Assembly: GCA_018260615.1 (NCBI GenBank)
Contig: JAGWDQ010000044.1
Coordinates: 1-64,000, forward strand
Length of the DNA: 64,000 nucleotides
Direction: 5' to 3'
DNA from: Candidatus Altarchaeum sp.
GTDB lineage: Archaea > Altiarchaeota > Altiarchaeia > Altiarchaeales > Altiarchaeaceae
Shown: in pieces, positions 60,310 through 64,000 of the stretch
Layout of the letters: every line of letters begins with the position of its first letter
Numbering within the stretch: the first letter of the stretch is position 1
Notes under the pieces: model-generated
The model's input: the letters and a program-made list of their open reading frames with translations, nothing else
Told to the model about the DNA's origin: nothing
Databases searched by the model: none
Translations under genes and position numbers: made by a program

Positions 60310-61032
60310 ATGAATAAAAAACAAACAAAAATTTTATTGCTCCTCATAACAATCATTATTGGAGTAGTAATAATAAGTGGATGCGTAAACAATGAAGAAA
60401 ATAAAATCGGCGAAGAAGGAATGAATGAAACAAACGACTATTATCCATTAGAAGTGGGAAATCAATGGGTGTTTGCGGTGAAAAAGGAAACTGAAGGGGA
60501 AAATCCTCAAAATAGTATAACAACAGTACAAATCACTAAAAAAGAAATGATAAACAATATAGAAACTTTTGTTATAGAATATGAGACGGACAATAACACA
60601 TCCCAAATAGAATATGTTAATAAAGAATATGGAAAAATTTTATGCTGTAGGCGAATATCTCAAGGAAAGGAACAAAATTATTATCCTCTACAATTATGGG
60701 CTGATTTTTCATCACTTAAAAAGGGAAAGAAATGGAAATGGGCTGACAATACAATAAATGTAGAGTTAGAAGGAGAAATACTTGGAAAAGACGTAATAAC
60801 CGTTCCTGCAGGAACATTTGAGACATATATAGTAAAAATCACAACAAGTCCGAAAGATAATGTTAGAGGAATTGCAAACGTAAAGTGGATGGGGTGGTTC
60901 GCCAAAAATATTGGAGTTGTAAAAGAAGATGCACATATTTATGCTAATGTTTCCATTAATAATAATAAGCGACTAATAGTTAACACTCATATAATAGCGG
61001 AACTAAAAAGTTATAACATTTCAAAAAAATAA
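60310..61032 (+). CDS. Putative lipoprotein
   Basis: Signal ending IISGC; YYPLEVGNQW; ITVPAGTFET motif. Confidence 0.7.
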   Translation: MNKKQTKILLLLITIIIGVVIISGCVNNEENKIGEEGMNETNDYYPLEVGNQWVFAVKKETEGENPQNSITTVQITKKEMINNIETFVIEYETDNNTSQIEYVNKEYGKILCCRRISQGKEQNYYPLQLWADFSSLKKGKKWKWADNTINVELEGEILGKDVITVPAGTFETYIVKITTSPKDNVRGIANVKWMGWFAKNIGVVKEDAHIYANVSINNNKRLIVNTHIIAELKSYNISKK

Positions 61033-61266
61033 AATGAAAAATAATGTTTTGTTTATATTTTCTTTTTGTGCCTATTTTCCTGATTTTTGTATGAGATTGG
61101 GTAAGATGATTTTTTAAATTTTTATACCTTCTCAAATAATATTTTTCACTGAAAAGTAAAGCCAAATAAGTCAATTTACCATGTTTTATTGAGTGGATAT
61201 GAATTTTTTAAACAAAAAACTAATTCTTAAAATATTTTAACATACTGTTGTTCATTACTTATTATT

Positions 61267-63555
61267 ATGTTCCTCACACACCCCCTCATAAAGCCGGACA
61301 CCGTTGAACTGCGAAAGTATCAGGAAGCGATAATCGCAACATCGGCAAATAAAAATACAATAGTTGTACTTCCGACGGGACTTGGAAAAACGCTGATTGC
61401 CGTAATTGTTGCCGCACATCGGCTGGATAAATTTAATGGCTCAAAGGTTCTGTTTTTAGCACCTACCAAGCCGCTTGCAGTACAGCATGCAGAGACATTC
61501 AGACAAATTTTAAATTTAAAGGACGATGAAATTTGTGTATTCACATCGGCAACACCGACAAATAAGCGAAACGACTTATGGGAGAAATCACGGGTTATTC
61601 TGGCAACGCCTCAAACGATAGACAACGAAATAATGAAAAATTTAGATTTGAGCAATGTTTCTTTTCTGGTTTTTGATGAAGCACACAGAGCAGTCGGAAA
61701 TTATGCTTACGGGTTCATTGCAGGCGAATATATGAAAAAAGCAAAGCATCCGCTGATTATGGGATTGAGTGCTTCTCCGTCATCTGATATTGAGAAAATT
61801 TCGGAAATTTCAAAAAATCTGTTCATACAGTCGGTTGAGATAAGGACCGAAAATGACAGCGATGTCCGGGAGTATATAATGAAAGTGGAGGAAGAATGGG
61901 TAAAGGTTGAACTGCCTGCGGACTTTAAAGGAATAAGGGATAAACTTGCGGACTTGCTTAAATTTTACCTGAAACAGTTAAAGGATATGAATTACATTGA
62001 TACGATTAATTTGACAAATATTAACAAAAAGGACTTATTGGCTGTTCAGGAAAGAATAAGGGGCGACATATTGAGCGGAAACGGAAATTTCGATGCGGCA
62101 TCGCTTATTGCAAAAATTATAAAACTTCATTATGCTCTTGAACTTATAGAGACGCAGGGAATTTTTACTTTATACAGGTATCTTGAACGGCTGAATCTGC
62201 AAAAAGGTAAAGGAGTAAAAGAGATGTTTTCCGATGAGCGTATGAAGGAAATCTGTGAAAATGTTAAAATTTTGTATGATGCAAAAACAGACCATCCGAA
62301 GTTAGATGCAATCTTAAAAATTTTAAAGGAAGAGTTGGGTAGTTCGGAAGACAGAAAAAACAGGAAAATTTTGCTGTTCACTCAATACCGGGACACTGCC
62401 GAAAAAATTTATGAAATTTTAACGAACAACAACATAAAATGCGAGAAATTTATAGGTCAGGCAAGGAGAGATAATGACAAAGGAATGACGCAAAAAGAGC
62501 AAATTGCATCACTTGAGAAATTCAAAAATAATACATTTAATGTGCTGATTGCAACTTCTGTCGCAGAAGAAGGCCTGGATATTCCCAAGGTTGATATTGT
62601 AATATTTTATGAGCCGATTCCAAGCAGTATAAGAGCAATACAAAGGAGGGGAAGAACGGGAAGAATGTATGAAGGAAAGGTGATAATTTTGATGACAAGG
62701 GGGACGAGGGACGAAGGATATTACTGGAGTGCGGTTTCAAAGGAAAGAAAGATGAAGGAATATCTGACAAAATTCCAGATTTCAGGAAAAGAAGGCATTG
62801 AAAAAGAAGTACAAAAAAGACATGGGCAGCAAAGTATTTTATTGTACGACGATAATAATAAAGAGGATAACAAAGATAATGAAGAAAACAATAACAAAGA
62901 TAAAAACGAAAGACCTAAAATTTATGCCGATATACGGGAGCGAAACACGGAAATTTTTAAAATTTTAAATGAAAAGGCAGATGTCATAGTCAGGCAGTTA
63001 GAGGTTGGGGACTATATATTGAGCGAAAATGTATGTGTTGAGAGAAAGACAGCCGGTGATTTCTTACAGTCAATTGTTGATAGACGACTACTTGAACAGG
63101 CACAAAATTTAGTGAGAAATTTTGAAATTCCGATAATTATCATAGAAGGTGAATTAAATTTGTCTTCAAGAAATATTCATCCGAATGCAGTCCGGGGAAT
63201 GCTCGCCGCAATAGCAACTGACTTTAAAATTTCCATCATTCCGACAAAAGACGAAAATGATACCGCCGAAATGCTGTTCATAATCGCAAAAAGAGAGCAG
63301 GAAGAAAAAAGAAATCCGGTTGCTTTAATCGGTGAAAAGAGGGCTTACACTCTTGCCGAGAGACAGCACTTAATTGCCGAATCACTTCCAAATGTGTCTG
63401 CTGTGATTGCCGAACGGCTGCTTGAACGTTTTAAGACGATAAAAAAAATTGCAAATGCTGGCATTAAGGAATTAATAAAAGTTGAAGGAATCGGATTAAA
63501 AAAGGCAGATGAAATTTTTAAGGTTACACATTCGGAGTATAAAAAGGAGAAATAA
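61267..63555 (+). CDS. hef: Hef (FANCM-like) helicase with ERCC4 nuclease and HhH
   Basis: LPTGLGKT, DEAH, SAS, QRRGRTGR, ERKT, C-terminal HhH. Confidence 0.95.
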   Translation: MFLTHPLIKPDTVELRKYQEAIIATSANKNTIVVLPTGLGKTLIAVIVAAHRLDKFNGSKVLFLAPTKPLAVQHAETFRQILNLKDDEICVFTSATPTNKRNDLWEKSRVILATPQTIDNEIMKNLDLSNVSFLVFDEAHRAVGNYAYGFIAGEYMKKAKHPLIMGLSASPSSDIEKISEISKNLFIQSVEIRTENDSDVREYIMKVEEEWVKVELPADFKGIRDKLADLLKFYLKQLKDMNYIDTINLTNINKKDLLAVQERIRGDILSGNGNFDAASLIAKIIKLHYALELIETQGIFTLYRYLERLNLQKGKGVKEMFSDERMKEICENVKILYDAKTDHPKLDAILKILKEELGSSEDRKNRKILLFTQYRDTAEKIYEILTNNNIKCEKFIGQARRDNDKGMTQKEQIASLEKFKNNTFNVLIATSVAEEGLDIPKVDIVIFYEPIPSSIRAIQRRGRTGRMYEGKVIILMTRGTRDEGYYWSAVSKERKMKEYLTKFQISGKEGIEKEVQKRHGQQSILLYDDNNKEDNKDNEENNNKDKNERPKIYADIRERNTEIFKILNEKADVIVRQLEVGDYILSENVCVERKTAGDFLQSIVDRRLLEQAQNLVRNFEIPIIIIEGELNLSSRNIHPNAVRGMLAAIATDFKISIIPTKDENDTAEMLFIIAKREQEEKRNPVALIGEKRAYTLAERQHLIAESLPNVSAVIAERLLERFKTIKKIANAGIKELIKVEGIGLKKADEIFKVTHSEYKKEK

Positions 63556-63572
63556 ACAAAATGTTCACACAA

Positions 63573-63715
63573 TCACCTCACTTACGCTCACTTCGTTCGT
63601 GTATTTTCAAATCTCTGTGATTTGAAAATCGTTCGGAGATTTTCAAAATCTGTTGATTTTGAAAAAGACACAAAGGAGTAATTCTCTGTGGCTTATTGGC
63701 TTGGTGTGAGGGAGT
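63573..63715. repeat. Family A and hairpin-family repeats
   Basis: TCACCTCACTTACGCTCACTTCGTTCGTG; GACACAAAGG...GGTGTGAG. Confidence 0.8.
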
Positions 63716-63792
63716 AATAAAAAAGGATAAATAAAAATAAGAAGTTGAAAGTTAAATTTATAAAAACTAAATTTAAACCAAATCATGCTAAA

Positions 63793-64000
63793 ATGGATTC
63801 AAAAATACAATTATACAAGATGTCTCTTGATGAGAGGCGGAAAACGATTAAGGAACTTGCAAATTTAACTGATGAAGAAATCGCTTACTATAATGGAAAT
63901 CTCACAAACATTGCAGACAAGATGGTTGAAAATGTAATCGGAACTTATGAAATGCCGCTGGGAATAGCAACAAATTTTTTAATAAACGGGAATGACTATT
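63793..64000 (+). CDS. mvaA: Class II HMG-CoA reductase, N-terminal part (runs off edge)
   Basis: LYKMSLDERR...ADKMVENVIGTYEMPLGIATNFLING. Confidence 0.9.
   Translation, partial: MDSKIQLYKMSLDERRKTIKELANLTDEEIAYYNGNLTNIADKMVENVIGTYEMPLGIATNFLINGNDY

Noticed and set aside
63793-64000. Bacterial-type class II HMG-CoA reductase as a novelty
   Set aside because: Transfer of class II HMGR into archaea is already known

Overview
AT-rich archaeal chromosome segment. The gene set (archaeal ribosomal protein/rpoD/rpoP cluster, Hef, XPD, prefoldin, A/V-ATPase E, GyrB, class II HMG-CoA reductase) and heavy intergenic repeat load suggest Altiarchaeota; this is my inference, not a database result. Housekeeping genes (leuC, hisS, argJ, pyrE, tmk, prs, partial complex-I-like nuoA/B/CD/H) are mixed with many small mobile elements. 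Top observation: radC carries a nested, fully in-frame insertion. An outer MITE-like element (GTA...TAC ends, 8-bp target duplication) contains a second copy of the same element with its own TIR and perfect 8-bp TSD, and that copy contains one intergenic REP-like repeat. Each MITE layer is 3n+1 bp long and adds an 8-bp TSD, so the frame is kept: a candidate family of protein-coding MITEs. Non-coding MITEs with the same end/TSD signature (17302, 20491) and an IS66-type transposase (window start) are also present. Other highlights: a three-gene operon sharing an unrecognised 4-TM module, a 2[4Fe-4S] domain inserted in NuoC, and a recurring [5' gene copy]-[insert]-[intact gene] architecture (nuoB, rpoD, rpl13, nitroreductase, hef). 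No tRNA, rRNA or CRISPR array was seen. All alignments were done by eye; no searches were run.
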